From Patescibacteria group bacterium (GTDB lineage: Bacteria; Patescibacteriota; Minisyncoccia; JAHISW01; Tagabacteraceae): a stretch of 64,000 nucleotides of DNA. Within the stretch, counting starts at the first letter, position 1. Each line of letters starts with the position of its first letter. Below the pieces are notes generated by a model, which saw nothing but the letters and a program-made list of their open reading frames with translations, ran no database searches and had not been told where the DNA came from. The stretch lies in assembly GCA_018819015.1 (NCBI GenBank), contig JAHJQY010000019.1, positions 3,239-67,238 of the forward strand, given 5' to 3'. Made by a program: the position numbers and the translations under genes. Below, one piece after another: positions 19,430 to 30,636 of this stretch.

Positions 19430-19963
19430 ATGAAAGTTTATCAAATCATAGTTGGACCACTGGAAACAAATTGTTATATTGTGGTTTACCCCGAGCGGAG
19501 TCGAGGGGAGCAGGGCCGAAGGGCGGTTATTGTAGACCCCGGCGACGACGCGGAGAAAATTATTAAAGTCGCGGAAGAAAATGATTTGAGGCCGAAAGGA
19601 ATTTTGTTGACCCATGCCCATTTTGACCACGTCGGCGCGCTGGAAGAAATAAAAAATCATTTCCAAATTAAGCTTATGTCCCCATCGACCTCCGAGGTCG
19701 ATGGATTGGAAATTATAAAAACGCCGGGGCATACGCCGGACGGCGTTTGTTTGGTGAATGAAAAAGAGGGGGTTATTTTTTCCGGTGACACTCTTTTCAA
19801 AAATTCCATCGGCCGGACGGATTTTCCTGGCGGAGATTACGAACAAATTAAAAAATCGTTGGCTAAAATAATGAAATATCCTGATCACTTTAAGGTTTAT
19901 CCCGGCCACGGGCCGGGGACGACGATAGGCGAGGAGCGAAAAACCAACCCATTTCTAAAATGA
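19430..19963 (+). CDS. MBL-fold metallo-hydrolase (glyoxalase II/YcbL-like)
   Basis: TNCYIV, VDPG, THAHFDHVG, TPGHT, SGDTLF, GRTDFPGG, PGHG; ATG 7 nt after TATAAT. Confidence 0.9.
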   Translation: MKVYQIIVGPLETNCYIVVYPERSRGEQGRRAVIVDPGDDAEKIIKVAEENDLRPKGILLTHAHFDHVGALEEIKNHFQIKLMSPSTSEVDGLEIIKTPGHTPDGVCLVNEKEGVIFSGDTLFKNSIGRTDFPGGDYEQIKKSLAKIMKYPDHFKVYPGHGPGTTIGEERKTNPFLK

Positions 19964-20062
19964 TTGAAGTTCAACTTCAATCATTTGCATTTTGTGGGAG
20001 ACTGTGTTATTGTTGGTGAAATTGCATTTTGAAAATTAGTTTAAGGCAAGAAAGGAAATGGG

Positions 20063-20821
20063 ATGGCAAAAGAAAAACAAGTTCGATGTCCTCATTGTGG
20101 TTGTGTAGCCTATGGCGGCTCGGCCAAATGCCCGAGTTGTGGCGAGTATTTGTCCTGGGAGTCTAGGATAGTTTATTTACCAGCACTGGAACCAAAAAAA
20201 CTAATTATTTTTGATTTTGATGGAGTGTTGGTCACTGTTTCTTGGAAAGGACTTTTTGAGGCCAACAAGCAAGTTCTTTTCCACGCCGGAAAAGACTGGC
20301 GAGATTTTTTTCCCGATCTTGAAAGTTTCAAATTGTATTCAACCGATTGGCAAGAAAACAGGAAAAAATGGGGAATTGAAAATTCAGAGTTTTTAAATAA
20401 AATTTTCAATAATGTTTATGCCCCATACTCCGTATGTATTTCCGGGGTTGAGGAAATTTTGAAAAAATTATCAAAGAAATGCCAGTTGGCTATTTTGACA
20501 AACGGGCACAGAAGCAGGATTTTAATGTTGGGGAAAAACGTTCTGGGCCTTTTTAAAATTATTGTGGCGGCCAAGGATGTTAAGAAACTTAAACCTGATC
20601 CCGAAGGAATAAATCTGATTTTGGTTGAAACCGGATTTCAAAAAGATCAAGCTGTTATTGTTGGGGACCATCCGACAGATATCAAGGCTGGCAGGGCGGC
20701 CGGAATAAAAACCGCCGCCGTAGTTTGGGAGCATGGGTTAAGTGAAAGAAAAGACTTTCTTGATTGTTCACCTGATTTTTTCTTGGAGTCTCTCGATGAT
20801 TTGCCAAGCTTGGACTTTTAG
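20063..20821 (+). CDS. HAD-superfamily phosphatase with N-terminal zinc ribbon
   Basis: CPHCG..CPSCG; IFDFDGVL, ILTNG, KPDPEGI, VGDHPTDIKAG. Confidence 0.85.
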   Translation: MAKEKQVRCPHCGCVAYGGSAKCPSCGEYLSWESRIVYLPALEPKKLIIFDFDGVLVTVSWKGLFEANKQVLFHAGKDWRDFFPDLESFKLYSTDWQENRKKWGIENSEFLNKIFNNVYAPYSVCISGVEEILKKLSKKCQLAILTNGHRSRILMLGKNVLGLFKIIVAAKDVKKLKPDPEGINLILVETGFQKDQAVIVGDHPTDIKAGRAAGIKTAAVVWEHGLSERKDFLDCSPDFFLESLDDLPSLDF

Positions 20822-20842
20822 ATATCGATTTTCGTAAAAATA

Positions 20843-20864
20843 AACCCCGCCGAATGGCGGGGTT
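20843..20864. terminator. GC-rich hairpin after the HAD gene, abutting a TTGACA upstream of rpoB
   Basis: AACCCCGCC-GAAT-GGCGGGGTT. Confidence 0.6.
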
Positions 20865-21083
20865 GACATTTTTTGGGCGGAATGCTACGTTAGTTATCAA
20901 CAGTTTTTAGTTTGCGCTTTTTGATTTAAGGGTATAATATTAAATTTAAGGTGTTTTCCACCCCAAAATTTCAATAATATAATATTTAAAAACTGGCCCA
21001 TTAAATTAAGCGAAATGGGGTTTTTTGGTACTAATTTGTTTTTTCGTAAATATATAACTTCGATTTAGACAGCAAGGTAACTT

Positions 21084-24000
21084 ATGCTTATGCAAAAAAT
21101 TCGCGAGAAAAAATATTTTTCGAAATATAAAGAACCTTTTGCCGAGGCGCCCCACCTTGTTGACATTCAGCTCAATTCTTTTAATTGGTTTAAAAATGAA
21201 GGGCTTAAAGAATTATTTAAAGAATTTTCTCCCATTAAAGATTACAGCGAGAAAGAGTTTGATTTGGAGTTTGTTGATTTTTCCATCGGCGAACCGAAGT
21301 GCGACGAGTATCGCGCCAAGACTCACAGCATGTCTTACGAGGCGCCTCTTAAAGTCGTTGTCTGCCTCAAAAACAAAATAACCAAAGAAGAAAAAGAACA
21401 GGAAATTTTTTTGGCCGATTTGCCGTTAATGACAGACCACGGCACTTTTATTACAAATGGAGTGGAGCGCGTTATAGTTTCTCAACTGGCGCGCTCTTTT
21501 GGTGTTTATTTTACGATGAATGTTTTCAGGCGAAAGAAAAATTTCGGAGCCAAGATAATACCGAACCGGGGGGCTTGGATAGAAATAGAAACGGAATCGG
21601 ACAACGCGCTTTATGTGAGGATTGACAGGAAAAGAAAGGTGGCGGCCACGGCGTTTTTGCGCGCCTTCGGCTTATCCACGAATGAAGAAATTAAAAAAGC
21701 TTTCAGTCATATAAAACTGGGGGACATTGATTATATTAAAAATACGCTTGAAAAAGATGAATCAAAAAATTCCGACGAGGCCTTTATTGAAATTTTTAAG
21801 CGCATTAGGCCGGGAGAATTGGCGACCGCGAGCAACGCCCGAGATTTGCTTGAGGCCATGTTCAGCGAGGACAGGTATGATTTGTCTTTGGTTGGGAGAT
21901 ACAAGATCAATCAGCGGCTTGGTTTGCCCCTGAATAATATAAAGAACGAAAAAAGAATTGTCTCAAAAGATGACTTTGTGGCTATAATAACTGAAATCAT
22001 AAGAATGAATGACGACCCAAGCGCTCAGCGCGACGATATTGACCATTTGGGGAACAGGAGAATAAGAACCGTCGGCGAGATGCTGCAGGATCGTTTGCGT
22101 GTCGGTATGGCGAGAATGAAAAAAGCGATTCAGGACAGGATGTCCACCGAAGACGCAGAATTGGCGACGCCGAGCAAGATTATCAACGCTCGTCCTTTTT
22201 CGGCGATAGTGAAAGAGTTTTTTGCCACCAATCAGCTTTCTCAATTTATGGCCCAGGAAAATGTTTTATCGGAACTGGAACATTTGCGCCGATTGTCCGC
22301 GTTGGGACCGGGCGGTTTGACTCGCGAACGGGCGGGGTTTGAAGTCCGCGATGTTCATCCGTCGCATTATGGCCGTATTTGTCCGATTGAAAGCTCCGAG
22401 GGCCCCAACATTGGTTTAGTTGTTCATCTTTCTTCCTACGCCCGCATTAATGAATATGGGATTTTGGAAACGCCTTACCGCCGAGTTGAAAAAGGGAAAA
22501 TTACAAACGAAGTAGTTTATTTGGATGCCTTTGAGGAAAGCAAATATAATATAGCCCATTCCAGCGTTAATTATGACAAGAAAGGAAAACTGCTTGATGA
22601 TCAGGTTGAAGCGAGGATTGGCCTTCAGCCGGGCATTGTTTCTCGCGACAAGATAAATTTTATAGATGTTTCTCACCAGCAGGCCTTCAGCGTTGCCACT
22701 TCGTTGATTCCTTTTTTGGAGCATGACGATGCCAACAGGGCGCTGATGGGCTCAAATATGCAGAAACAGGCTGTGCCTTGCCTTAATCCCGAAGCGCCTT
22801 ATGTGGCGACCGGCTGGGAAGAGAAGGCGGCTCGCGACAGCGGCCGGCTTATTATTGCGAAGAATAGCGGCAAGGTAAAATATGTTGACGGCAGGAAAAT
22901 TATTGTTGGAGAAGATGAATATTCATTGGTAAATTTTATCAGGTCAAATGATTTTACTTTAATAAACCAAAGGCCGGCCGTTGACGTTGGAGAAGAAATC
23001 AAAAAAGGCGATGTTTTGGCTGACGCGAGCTCTACGCAGGGCGGCCAATTGGCGCTTGGAAAAAATATTTTGGTCGCTTTTTTCTCCTGGTTCGGCTCTA
23101 ATTTTGAGGATGCCATAATTATTTCCCGCCGTCTGGTTAAGCAGGATGTTTTTACTTCTGTTCATATTGAGGAGTTTTCCGTCAAGGTGCGCGATACTAA
23201 ATTAGGCCCTGAAATTACGACTTATGATATTCCGAATGTCGGGGAAGAAAAATTGAAAAATTTGGATGAAGATGGAATTATTTGTATAGGCGCCGAAGTG
23301 AAAGCGGGCGACATATTGGTTGGAAAAATTTCTCCAAAAGGAGAAGTTGAGCTGACGCCGGAAGAAAGATTGCTGAGGGCGATTTTTGGAGAGAAGGCGC
23401 GCGAAGTCAAAGATACTTCTCTTCGTTTGGAGCATGGAAAGAGCGGTCGGGTAATCAGCATTAAAATATTTTCCAGGGACAGAGGCGATAAACTTGAAAC
23501 GGGCGTGATAAAGGAAATTAAAATAGAGTTGGCGCAATTGAGAAAAGTTTCCGTCGGCGACAAATTGGCCGGCCGCCACGGCAACAAAGGAGTTATTTCC
23601 AAAGTTCTTCCGGTAGAAGATATGCCGTATCTGGAAGACGGCACCCCTGTTGATATTATTTTAAACCCATTGGGTGTTGCGGGGAGAATGAACTTAGGCC
23701 AGATTTTGGAAACCCATTTGGGATGGGCGGCGGAGCGTTTAAATTATCAGGCTATCACCCCTCCTTTTGCCGGCGTTACGGAGGAAGAGATAGGCAATGA
23801 ACTTGAAGCGGCCGGTTTGCCCAAAAAGGGAAAAGTTAAGCTTTTTGACGGCAGAACAGGCGAGCGATTTGAACAAGAGGTGGCGGTTGGCCAGATTTAT
23901 ATGCTTAAATTGACCCACATGGTTGAAGACAAGCTTCATATGAGGTCAATCGGCCCCTATTCTCTTATTACTCAGCAGCCATTGGGGGGCAAAGCGCAGG

Positions 24001-24254
24001 GCGGCGGTCAGCGTTTTGGGGAAATGGAAGTTTGGGCGCTTGAAGGTTATGGAGCCGCCCATACTTTACAGGAAATGATTACTATAAAATCTGACGATGT
24101 GCTTGGAAGAACCGGAGTTTTTGACGCGATTGTCAGAGGCGAGGATTTCAGGCATCCAAACATACCGGCGTCTTTTCATGTCTTAGTGAATGAATTAAAA
24201 AGTTTGGCGTTAAATGTAGTTTTAGAAAAAAGAGAAAAAGAAGATGAATACTAA
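21084..24254 (+). CDS. rpoB: DNA-directed RNA polymerase beta subunit
   Basis: NGVERVIVSQL, RRLSALGPGGL, HDDANRALMGSNMQ, GDKLAGRHGNKGV, GGQRFGEMEVWALE. Confidence 0.98.
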   Translation: MLMQKIREKKYFSKYKEPFAEAPHLVDIQLNSFNWFKNEGLKELFKEFSPIKDYSEKEFDLEFVDFSIGEPKCDEYRAKTHSMSYEAPLKVVVCLKNKITKEEKEQEIFLADLPLMTDHGTFITNGVERVIVSQLARSFGVYFTMNVFRRKKNFGAKIIPNRGAWIEIETESDNALYVRIDRKRKVAATAFLRAFGLSTNEEIKKAFSHIKLGDIDYIKNTLEKDESKNSDEAFIEIFKRIRPGELATASNARDLLEAMFSEDRYDLSLVGRYKINQRLGLPLNNIKNEKRIVSKDDFVAIITEIIRMNDDPSAQRDDIDHLGNRRIRTVGEMLQDRLRVGMARMKKAIQDRMSTEDAELATPSKIINARPFSAIVKEFFATNQLSQFMAQENVLSELEHLRRLSALGPGGLTRERAGFEVRDVHPSHYGRICPIESSEGPNIGLVVHLSSYARINEYGILETPYRRVEKGKITNEVVYLDAFEESKYNIAHSSVNYDKKGKLLDDQVEARIGLQPGIVSRDKINFIDVSHQQAFSVATSLIPFLEHDDANRALMGSNMQKQAVPCLNPEAPYVATGWEEKAARDSGRLIIAKNSGKVKYVDGRKIIVGEDEYSLVNFIRSNDFTLINQRPAVDVGEEIKKGDVLADASSTQGGQLALGKNILVAFFSWFGSNFEDAIIISRRLVKQDVFTSVHIEEFSVKVRDTKLGPEITTYDIPNVGEEKLKNLDEDGIICIGAEVKAGDILVGKISPKGEVELTPEERLLRAIFGEKAREVKDTSLRLEHGKSGRVISIKIFSRDRGDKLETGVIKEIKIELAQLRKVSVGDKLAGRHGNKGVISKVLPVEDMPYLEDGTPVDIILNPLGVAGRMNLGQILETHLGWAAERLNYQAITPPFAGVTEEEIGNELEAAGLPKKGKVKLFDGRTGERFEQEVAVGQIYMLKLTHMVEDKLHMRSIGPYSLITQQPLGGKAQGGGQRFGEMEVWALEGYGAAHTLQEMITIKSDDVLGRTGVFDAIVRGEDFRHPNIPASFHVLVNELKSLALNVVLEKREKEDEY

Positions 24255-27200
24255 AACAACAGATTTTGATTCAATAACTTTAAAGCTCGCGTCTCCCGAG
24301 AATATTTTATCCTGGTCTCACGGCGAGGTTACCAAGGCGGAAACGATAAATTACAGAACTCAGCGGCCAGAGCGGGAGGGGCTTTTTGACGAGCGCATTT
24401 TTGGCCCTGAAAAAGATTATGAATGTTATTGTGGAAAATACAGGAGAATCAGGTATAAAGGGATTGTCTGCGAGAAGTGCGGCGTGGAAGTAACTCGTTC
24501 CGTTGTCAGGCGCGAAAGAATGGGGCACATCTCTTTGGCGGTCCCCGTTGCCCATATTTGGTTTTTGCGGGGAATTCCGTCAAGAATCGGCATGCTTCTG
24601 GATATGTCCATAGCCGATTTGGAAAGAGTTATTTATTTCGCCGGATATATAGTCACAAAAGTGAATGAAGAAGCGAAAAATGAAATTTTTTCCGCTTTCA
24701 AAAAAGAATATAAAATTAAATCTAAAAATCTTTCTTCAAAAGAAGATAAAACTAATTTAAAAAACGCGCTGTCTGCGGCCGAGAAAGAATTGCTAACTAT
24801 AGTTTTGCATAAAGTTTTAGATGAAACGGCTTACAGGCGGTTGAGCTTGAAATATGGCGAGGTTTTTGAGGCTGGTTCCGGCGCCGAGATTTTATACGAT
24901 ATATGCAAAAACATCAATTTAGAAGATTTGGCAAAACGGTTGGAAAAAGAATATGAAGATGCCAGTCCGCAAAATCGCAAAAAAATTCTTAAAAGAAGCG
25001 CTTTTGTAAAGTTAATGAATAAGTCAAACATAAGGCCGGATTGGATGTTTTTGAGCGTTCTTCCGGTTATGCCCCCCGCGTTGAGGCCGATGGTTCAGCT
25101 TGATGGAGGTCGGCACGCTACTTCCGATGTTAATGATTTGTACCGCAGGGTTTTGAACCGCAATAATCGCTTGAAGAAACTTTTGGATCTGAATGCCCCG
25201 TCGGTTATTGTTAAGAATGAAAAAAGAATGCTTCAGGAAGCGGTTGACGCTTTGGTGGATAATTCTATCAGGCGCGCGCAGGGCGCCGCTTTGAGCCAGT
25301 GGCAAAAGAGGCCTCTCAAATCTTTGGCGGATATGCTGCGCGGGAAACAGGGTCGGTTCAGGCAGAATCTTTTGGGCAAGCGCGTTGATTACTCGGGTCG
25401 TTCCGTGATTGTTGTCGGGCCGGAGTTAAAACTGGACCAATGCGGTCTTCCAAAACACATGGCGCTTGAACTTTTCCGGCCTTTTGTTATTTCCAAGCTT
25501 ATTAAAAAAGAATTGGCGTACAATATCCGCGGCGCCAATCGGCTGATAGACGAAAAAACCGATGACGTCTGGGAAATTTTGGAAGATGTTATCAAAGACA
25601 AGCACGTTCTTTTGAACCGCGCGCCGACGCTTCATCGTTTAGGCATTCAGGCCTTCAGGCCGATTCTTATAGGTGGCAAAGCGATAGAAGTGCATCCTCT
25701 TGTTTGTTCCGCTTTTAACGCCGACTTTGACGGCGATCAAATGGCGGTTCATGTTCCGTTGAGCAAGGAAGCGCAGGAAGAGGCAAGAGAGATTATGGCT
25801 TCCGTTAAAAATCTTTTGATACCGAGGACAGGGGAGCCGGTGGTGAATCCGTCGCAGGATATTGTTTTGGGCTGTTATTTTATGACCAGGATAAGAAAAG
25901 AGGCGAAAGGCGAAGGGAAATATTTTTCAAGTCCCAACGAGGCCATTAACGCTTATGATTTCGGGTTCGTAGATTTGCAGGCATTGGTCAAGGTTCTTGT
26001 GAAAGGTTCTAAAAAATTTAAGTCTTTTAAAGAAGGCATTATTGAAACGACCGTGGGGCGATTGCTTTTTAATAGCGTATTGCCTTCCGAGCTTGGTTTT
26101 ATAAATGAGGAATTTAATAAAAAGAAACTGGCGCAAACAGTGCAGGATTTGATCGCGCGGCTTGGCGTTGACGCCGCTCCTCCGATTTTGGATAAAATAA
26201 AGTCTTTTGGTTATGAGTATGCGACAAAATCCGGCATCTCCTGGGGGATGGGGGATTTGCGCGAGCCGGAAGAGAAGCCGGAAATATTGAAAGATGCCGA
26301 AAGCAGAGAGAGGGAAGTTTACAAGCAATATGAAGAAGGGCTCCTGTCTTCAGATGAACGCTATCAGAAATCAGTGGCAATTTGGCAGGAAGCAAAGACA
26401 AAAATTGAGGAACTTGTTCCTCTGGGGCTGGAAGAATTCGGACCTGTTTTTAGCATGGTTTCTTGCGCCGCCAGAGGTTCTTGGGGGCAGATAAACCAGA
26501 TGGCGGGAATGAAAGGCCTTGTTTCAAACCCGGCCGGAAAAATTATAGATTTTCCGATCCGTTCTTCTTATAAAAAAGGGTTAAGCGTTTTGGAGTATTT
26601 TATTTCAACTCACGGCGCGAGAAAAGGCACCGTCGACACGGCTTTAAAGACAGCCAAAGCGGGTTATTTGACAAGGCGGCTGGTTGATGTGGCGCAAGAC
26701 GTCATTATTACGGAAAGCGACTGTAAAGATAAAAAAGGTTTTTTAATAAAACGTCCGGACGAAGATTCTTTGGGAGAAAGTTTTTTTTCAAAAATAAGAG
26801 GCCGAGTGCTTATTAAAGAATTGAAATCGTTGGATAAATTTAAGCCCGGGCACTTGATTACAATTGAAGACGCCAAATTGATTGATGGATCCGGTGCGAA
26901 AGAAATTTATGTAAGGTCACCTTTGTCCTGTCGGTCAAAATGGGGTGTTTGCCAAAAATGTTACGGGTATGACCTGGGGGCTAATCAATTGGTAAAAATG
27001 GGCGAGGCGGTGGGCATTGTTGCCGCGCAGGCTATCGGCGAGCCGGGCACTCAGCTTACAATGCGCACTTTTCATACGGGCGGTGTTGCCACCAAGGGAG
27101 GCGATATTACTTTGGGTTTGCCTCGCGTTGAAGAGCTTTTTGAAATGAGAACGCCCGTTAATTCGGCCGTTATCAGCGAGTTTAACGGAGAGGTTTTAAA

Positions 27201-27882
27201 AATTAAAGAGGAAAATAATGGGGATAAAATTATTACATTGCTGCCCGATGAGCGGGAAAAAACAGGCAAAAAAACAGAAAGCAGAGAATATATTGTTCCT
27301 TTTGGAAAAAGAATTATTGTCGGCGCCGGGCAGAAAATAACGGCGGGGCAACCTTTGTCAGATGGTATGATTGACGTGCAGGAACTTTTTAAAGTTGCCG
27401 GCGGGGAGGCGGCGCAAGATTATATTTTAAAAGAGGTGGTCAGGGTTTACGCGATACAGGGCGTGTCTATAAGCAGTAAGCATTTGGAAATTATTATTCG
27501 CCAGATGTTTGCCCGTTTCAGGATTAAATCGCCGGGGGATACGATTTTAAATCAAGATAAAATTGTGGAAAAAGCGATTCTTTTGGAAGAAAACGAGCGC
27601 GTTAAGAAGTCTGGCGGCCGGGAGGCTGAAGCGAAACAGCTACTCATGGGGATAAGTAAAGTTTCTTTGTCCACGTCCAGTTTTCTTTCTGCGGCTTCTT
27701 TTCAGGATACAGCCAGAGTTCTTATTACTACCGCCACAGAGGGGAGGCGGGATATTTTGAGGGGGCTGAAAGAAAATGTGATAATCGGCCGTTTGATTCC
27801 GGCCGGTACCGGCTACAGGAAAGACTTGGAGAGCTTAAAAAAACCAACAAAAGAAGAAGAAATTAAAAATCCCCCCGCCTAG
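24244..27882 (+). CDS. rpoC: DNA-directed RNA polymerase beta' subunit
   Basis: [74 protein letters not shown]. Confidence 0.98.
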   Translation: MNTKTTDFDSITLKLASPENILSWSHGEVTKAETINYRTQRPEREGLFDERIFGPEKDYECYCGKYRRIRYKGIVCEKCGVEVTRSVVRRERMGHISLAVPVAHIWFLRGIPSRIGMLLDMSIADLERVIYFAGYIVTKVNEEAKNEIFSAFKKEYKIKSKNLSSKEDKTNLKNALSAAEKELLTIVLHKVLDETAYRRLSLKYGEVFEAGSGAEILYDICKNINLEDLAKRLEKEYEDASPQNRKKILKRSAFVKLMNKSNIRPDWMFLSVLPVMPPALRPMVQLDGGRHATSDVNDLYRRVLNRNNRLKKLLDLNAPSVIVKNEKRMLQEAVDALVDNSIRRAQGAALSQWQKRPLKSLADMLRGKQGRFRQNLLGKRVDYSGRSVIVVGPELKLDQCGLPKHMALELFRPFVISKLIKKELAYNIRGANRLIDEKTDDVWEILEDVIKDKHVLLNRAPTLHRLGIQAFRPILIGGKAIEVHPLVCSAFNADFDGDQMAVHVPLSKEAQEEAREIMASVKNLLIPRTGEPVVNPSQDIVLGCYFMTRIRKEAKGEGKYFSSPNEAINAYDFGFVDLQALVKVLVKGSKKFKSFKEGIIETTVGRLLFNSVLPSELGFINEEFNKKKLAQTVQDLIARLGVDAAPPILDKIKSFGYEYATKSGISWGMGDLREPEEKPEILKDAESREREVYKQYEEGLLSSDERYQKSVAIWQEAKTKIEELVPLGLEEFGPVFSMVSCAARGSWGQINQMAGMKGLVSNPAGKIIDFPIRSSYKKGLSVLEYFISTHGARKGTVDTALKTAKAGYLTRRLVDVAQDVIITESDCKDKKGFLIKRPDEDSLGESFFSKIRGRVLIKELKSLDKFKPGHLITIEDAKLIDGSGAKEIYVRSPLSCRSKWGVCQKCYGYDLGANQLVKMGEAVGIVAAQAIGEPGTQLTMRTFHTGGVATKGGDITLGLPRVEELFEMRTPVNSAVISEFNGEVLKIKEENNGDKIITLLPDEREKTGKKTESREYIVPFGKRIIVGAGQKITAGQPLSDGMIDVQELFKVAGGEAAQDYILKEVVRVYAIQGVSISSKHLEIIIRQMFARFRIKSPGDTILNQDKIVEKAILLEENERVKKSGGREAEAKQLLMGISKVSLSTSSFLSAASFQDTARVLITTATEGRRDILRGLKENVIIGRLIPAGTGYRKDLESLKKPTKEEEIKNPPA

Positions 27883-28357
27883 GCGGGGGGATTTGGGTTT
27901 GAGATGCTCTTATGTTGTAGATTTCTTTTGTGACTCGGGTCACATATAAGGCCGATCGATAATCTAATCTTGAATCACAGATAATAGTTTTTAGGGCTAA
28001 AATATTTTCTCTTAGATTGAGCCCGATAATTTTTTCTTCAAGCTCAAGCCGTTTTTCAAGATTGTTGTCGGGTGGAAGATTAAGGTCGTCTTTTTTAAGG
28101 GCGGAGTTTGTTATTAGAAATCTGATAAGTTTTACGGCTTCTTCTTCTTCCAATTCTTTATTTTTTATTTTACCAATTAAGGTCGCAACGATTTGAAATT
28201 GAGTATGTTTTTCCGCGACTTGCCGGATAAATTCTTTTTCTGCTTCCATTTTTCCCACTGGATCCACTGGGCACTGATTATCACAACTACAACCTTGTTT
28301 TTTGGCGGCTTGCTTTCTTTTTTCTTTTTCTGCAATAAAATCAAAAATTTCGGCCAT
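27863..28357 (-). CDS. Hypothetical protein
   Basis: 164-aa ORF with AAGGGGAG SD and a CSCDNQC motif; no recognised family. Confidence 0.6.
   Translation of the reverse strand: MAEIFDFIAEKEKRKQAAKKQGCSCDNQCPVDPVGKMEAEKEFIRQVAEKHTQFQIVATLIGKIKNKELEEEEAVKLIRFLITNSALKKDDLNLPPDNNLEKRLELEEKIIGLNLRENILALKTIICDSRLDYRSALYVTRVTKEIYNIRASQTQIPPPRRGDF
27867..27894. terminator. Bidirectional terminator-like perfect palindrome at the rpoC end
   Basis: AAATCCCCCCGCCTAGGCGGGGGGATTT between convergent genes. Confidence 0.7.
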
Positions 28358-28374
28358 GTTTTTCTCCCCTTGGT

Positions 28375-28839
28375 TTATATTGGCAGTTTATTAATTTCGC
28401 CGGCCAGATTTATTATGTTTTCAATATCGTTTTTATCAACAGGCGGAGGCTTGCCCGATAATCGTTCTAAAAATAGATTTAAAATGCTGTTTAACACCGA
28501 AAAGAAAATAGGCAAATAATCCTTACTGTCCCCGGATACGTTTTTTACTAGTTCCGCTGTTGTTTGAACCAGCAAATCGGCAACATACTCCGGCGTCATT
28601 TTTTCTTCTATTATTTCATCTGTATCGGCGGAAATTTCGTGTTTTTGTTTTAGTAAATAAATAACCATTGATGCGGTTGCTTCCAAAATTTCTTGCCCGG
28701 AAGGCTTTCTTAGTCTTGGCGGAATAATTAATGCGACAATTTCAATATTTTCTCCCAATATAAAAGATATTTTTTCTTTTATATTTTTAAATAATTGTTC
28801 AAAAAAACTATTTTCATCCAGCCCGCACAAATCACACAT
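28375..28839 (-). CDS. Hypothetical protein
   Basis: AAGGAG SD before ATG (MCDLCG...); co-oriented with 27863-28357. Confidence 0.6.
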   Translation of the reverse strand: MCDLCGLDENSFFEQLFKNIKEKISFILGENIEIVALIIPPRLRKPSGQEILEATASMVIYLLKQKHEISADTDEIIEEKMTPEYVADLLVQTTAELVKNVSGDSKDYLPIFFSVLNSILNLFLERLSGKPPPVDKNDIENIINLAGEINKLPI

Positions 28840-28932
28840 AATTTTCTCCTTGATTTTCAATGTAAGTTGCGTTTAGTATGTCACATTATTCTGTTTGTTG
28901 CAAGACCGATTTTGAGATAAAATTAAGACAAT

Positions 28933-30636
28933 ATGTCCTCTCCGGTTGAACAAATAAAACAGCGGCTAACAGTTGAAGATGTGGTTGGCTCCTGTATCAA
29001 GCTCCAAAAGGCAGGCGCTAATTACAGGGCCTGTTGTCCTTTTCATTCCGAGAAAACTCCCTCTTTTTATGTTTCGCCGACACGCGAGATTTGGCATTGT
29101 TTCGGGTGCAACCGCGGGGGAGATATTTTTGAGTTTATAAAACAAATTGAAGGGGTTGAATTTCCGGAAGCGCTCAGGCTTCTGGCGGATCGCGCCGGCG
29201 TTACGCTCACGCGCCAGAATTTGGAATTCAGAAACGAAAGAATTCGCTTGCTTGATTTGACGAAAGAAGCAACTTTTTTTTATCAAAAGAAATTGGCGGA
29301 AAACAAAGATGCCTTGAGCTATCTTTGGAAGCGCGGGTTAAAAAATGAAACTTTAAAAGATTTTAATATTGGCTTTGCTCCGCCCGAGGCGGACGGATGG
29401 CGTTTTCTTTTTAATTATTTAAAAGGCCGGGGCTATTCGGCCGTCGAAATGGAGAAGGTCGGCTTGGCAGTAAAAAAAGAAAATGATTATTACGACAGAT
29501 TTAGGGGGAGAATAATGTTTCCTCTTAAGGATGCTTCGGGGAGGGTCGTCGGTTTTTCCGGCCGGATTTTTAATGTTAAGGAGGTCGAACCTCCTTTGGG
29601 AGGCTCAATCTCGGCCAAATACATCAATACGCCGCAGACGATTCTTTATGACAAATCTAGAATTCTTTATGGCTTTGACCGCGCCAAAACAGAGATAAGA
29701 AAAAAAGATAAATGTGTTTTAGTGGAAGGGCAGATGGATGTTTTAATGTCTCACCAAGCGGGAGTGCAGAACACGGTGGCGGTTTCAGGCACGGCGCTTA
29801 CTCTCCAGCATTTGGATGTTATCAGGCGGCTCACAAACAATCTTTCCATGGCTTTTGACAATGACGAGGCTGGTTTGCAGGCGGCCAAAAGAAGCATAGC
29901 CTTAGGCCTTGAAAATGGTTTTGAGGTGCGGGTCGTTTCTTTGTTTGCCGGCAAAGATCCGGCTGATGCGATTTTGGAGAATTCTGAGAACTGGATTGAG
30001 GCGGTTGAAAAAGACGAGCACATAATAGATTTTTATTTAAAGTTTTTGAAAGACAGGCACAAAGAGGATGAGAGGCGTTTTAAGCTGGAGGTGGAGAAAA
30101 GCGTGCTGCCTTATATTTTTTCTATTCAAAGCGAGATAGAGAGGAGTCATTGGATAAAAAAAATAGCAAAACAGCTTGATGTTAAAGAAGCGGCAATTTT
30201 AGAAGGGCTTAAAAGAATTAAGATTCCAGCCAGTCGTTCCGGCGGCAATTCGGATAAAAAAAATATTCTTAAAAGGTCCCAGTTGCTGAAAGAAAAACTT
30301 GCCGGTATCGTTTTTTGGAAGTCTCTTGATAAAATTCGGGACAAGTCCCTTGTCCCCGACATTGTTAAAAAGTTTATATCGGAGATTGCGAGAAATATCA
30401 AAAAAGAGGAAAAAGAAAAACTGGCTTTTGAGGCCGAGCTTTATTATAGCGGTTCTCAAGACATTGAAAAAGAAATTACTCACTTGGCCAAGGAATTAAA
30501 AAAAGAAATTGTGAAAGAAGGACTTGAAAGTTTGTCGGAAGAGGTGCAAAAACTTGAAGCCGGAGGAGAAACAGAAAAACTTGGACAAAAAATGGCCGAA
30601 TTTCAGAATCTTAGCAAACAATTGTATGATTGTTAA
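28933..30636 (+). CDS. dnaG: DNA primase
   Basis: CPFHSEKTPSF..WHCFGC zinc finger, DRFRGRIMFP, KYINTPQT, VEGQMDV, FDNDEAG, KDPAD. Confidence 0.96.
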   Translation: MSSPVEQIKQRLTVEDVVGSCIKLQKAGANYRACCPFHSEKTPSFYVSPTREIWHCFGCNRGGDIFEFIKQIEGVEFPEALRLLADRAGVTLTRQNLEFRNERIRLLDLTKEATFFYQKKLAENKDALSYLWKRGLKNETLKDFNIGFAPPEADGWRFLFNYLKGRGYSAVEMEKVGLAVKKENDYYDRFRGRIMFPLKDASGRVVGFSGRIFNVKEVEPPLGGSISAKYINTPQTILYDKSRILYGFDRAKTEIRKKDKCVLVEGQMDVLMSHQAGVQNTVAVSGTALTLQHLDVIRRLTNNLSMAFDNDEAGLQAAKRSIALGLENGFEVRVVSLFAGKDPADAILENSENWIEAVEKDEHIIDFYLKFLKDRHKEDERRFKLEVEKSVLPYIFSIQSEIERSHWIKKIAKQLDVKEAAILEGLKRIKIPASRSGGNSDKKNILKRSQLLKEKLAGIVFWKSLDKIRDKSLVPDIVKKFISEIARNIKKEEKEKLAFEAELYYSGSQDIEKEITHLAKELKKEIVKEGLESLSEEVQKLEAGGETEKLGQKMAEFQNLSKQLYDC

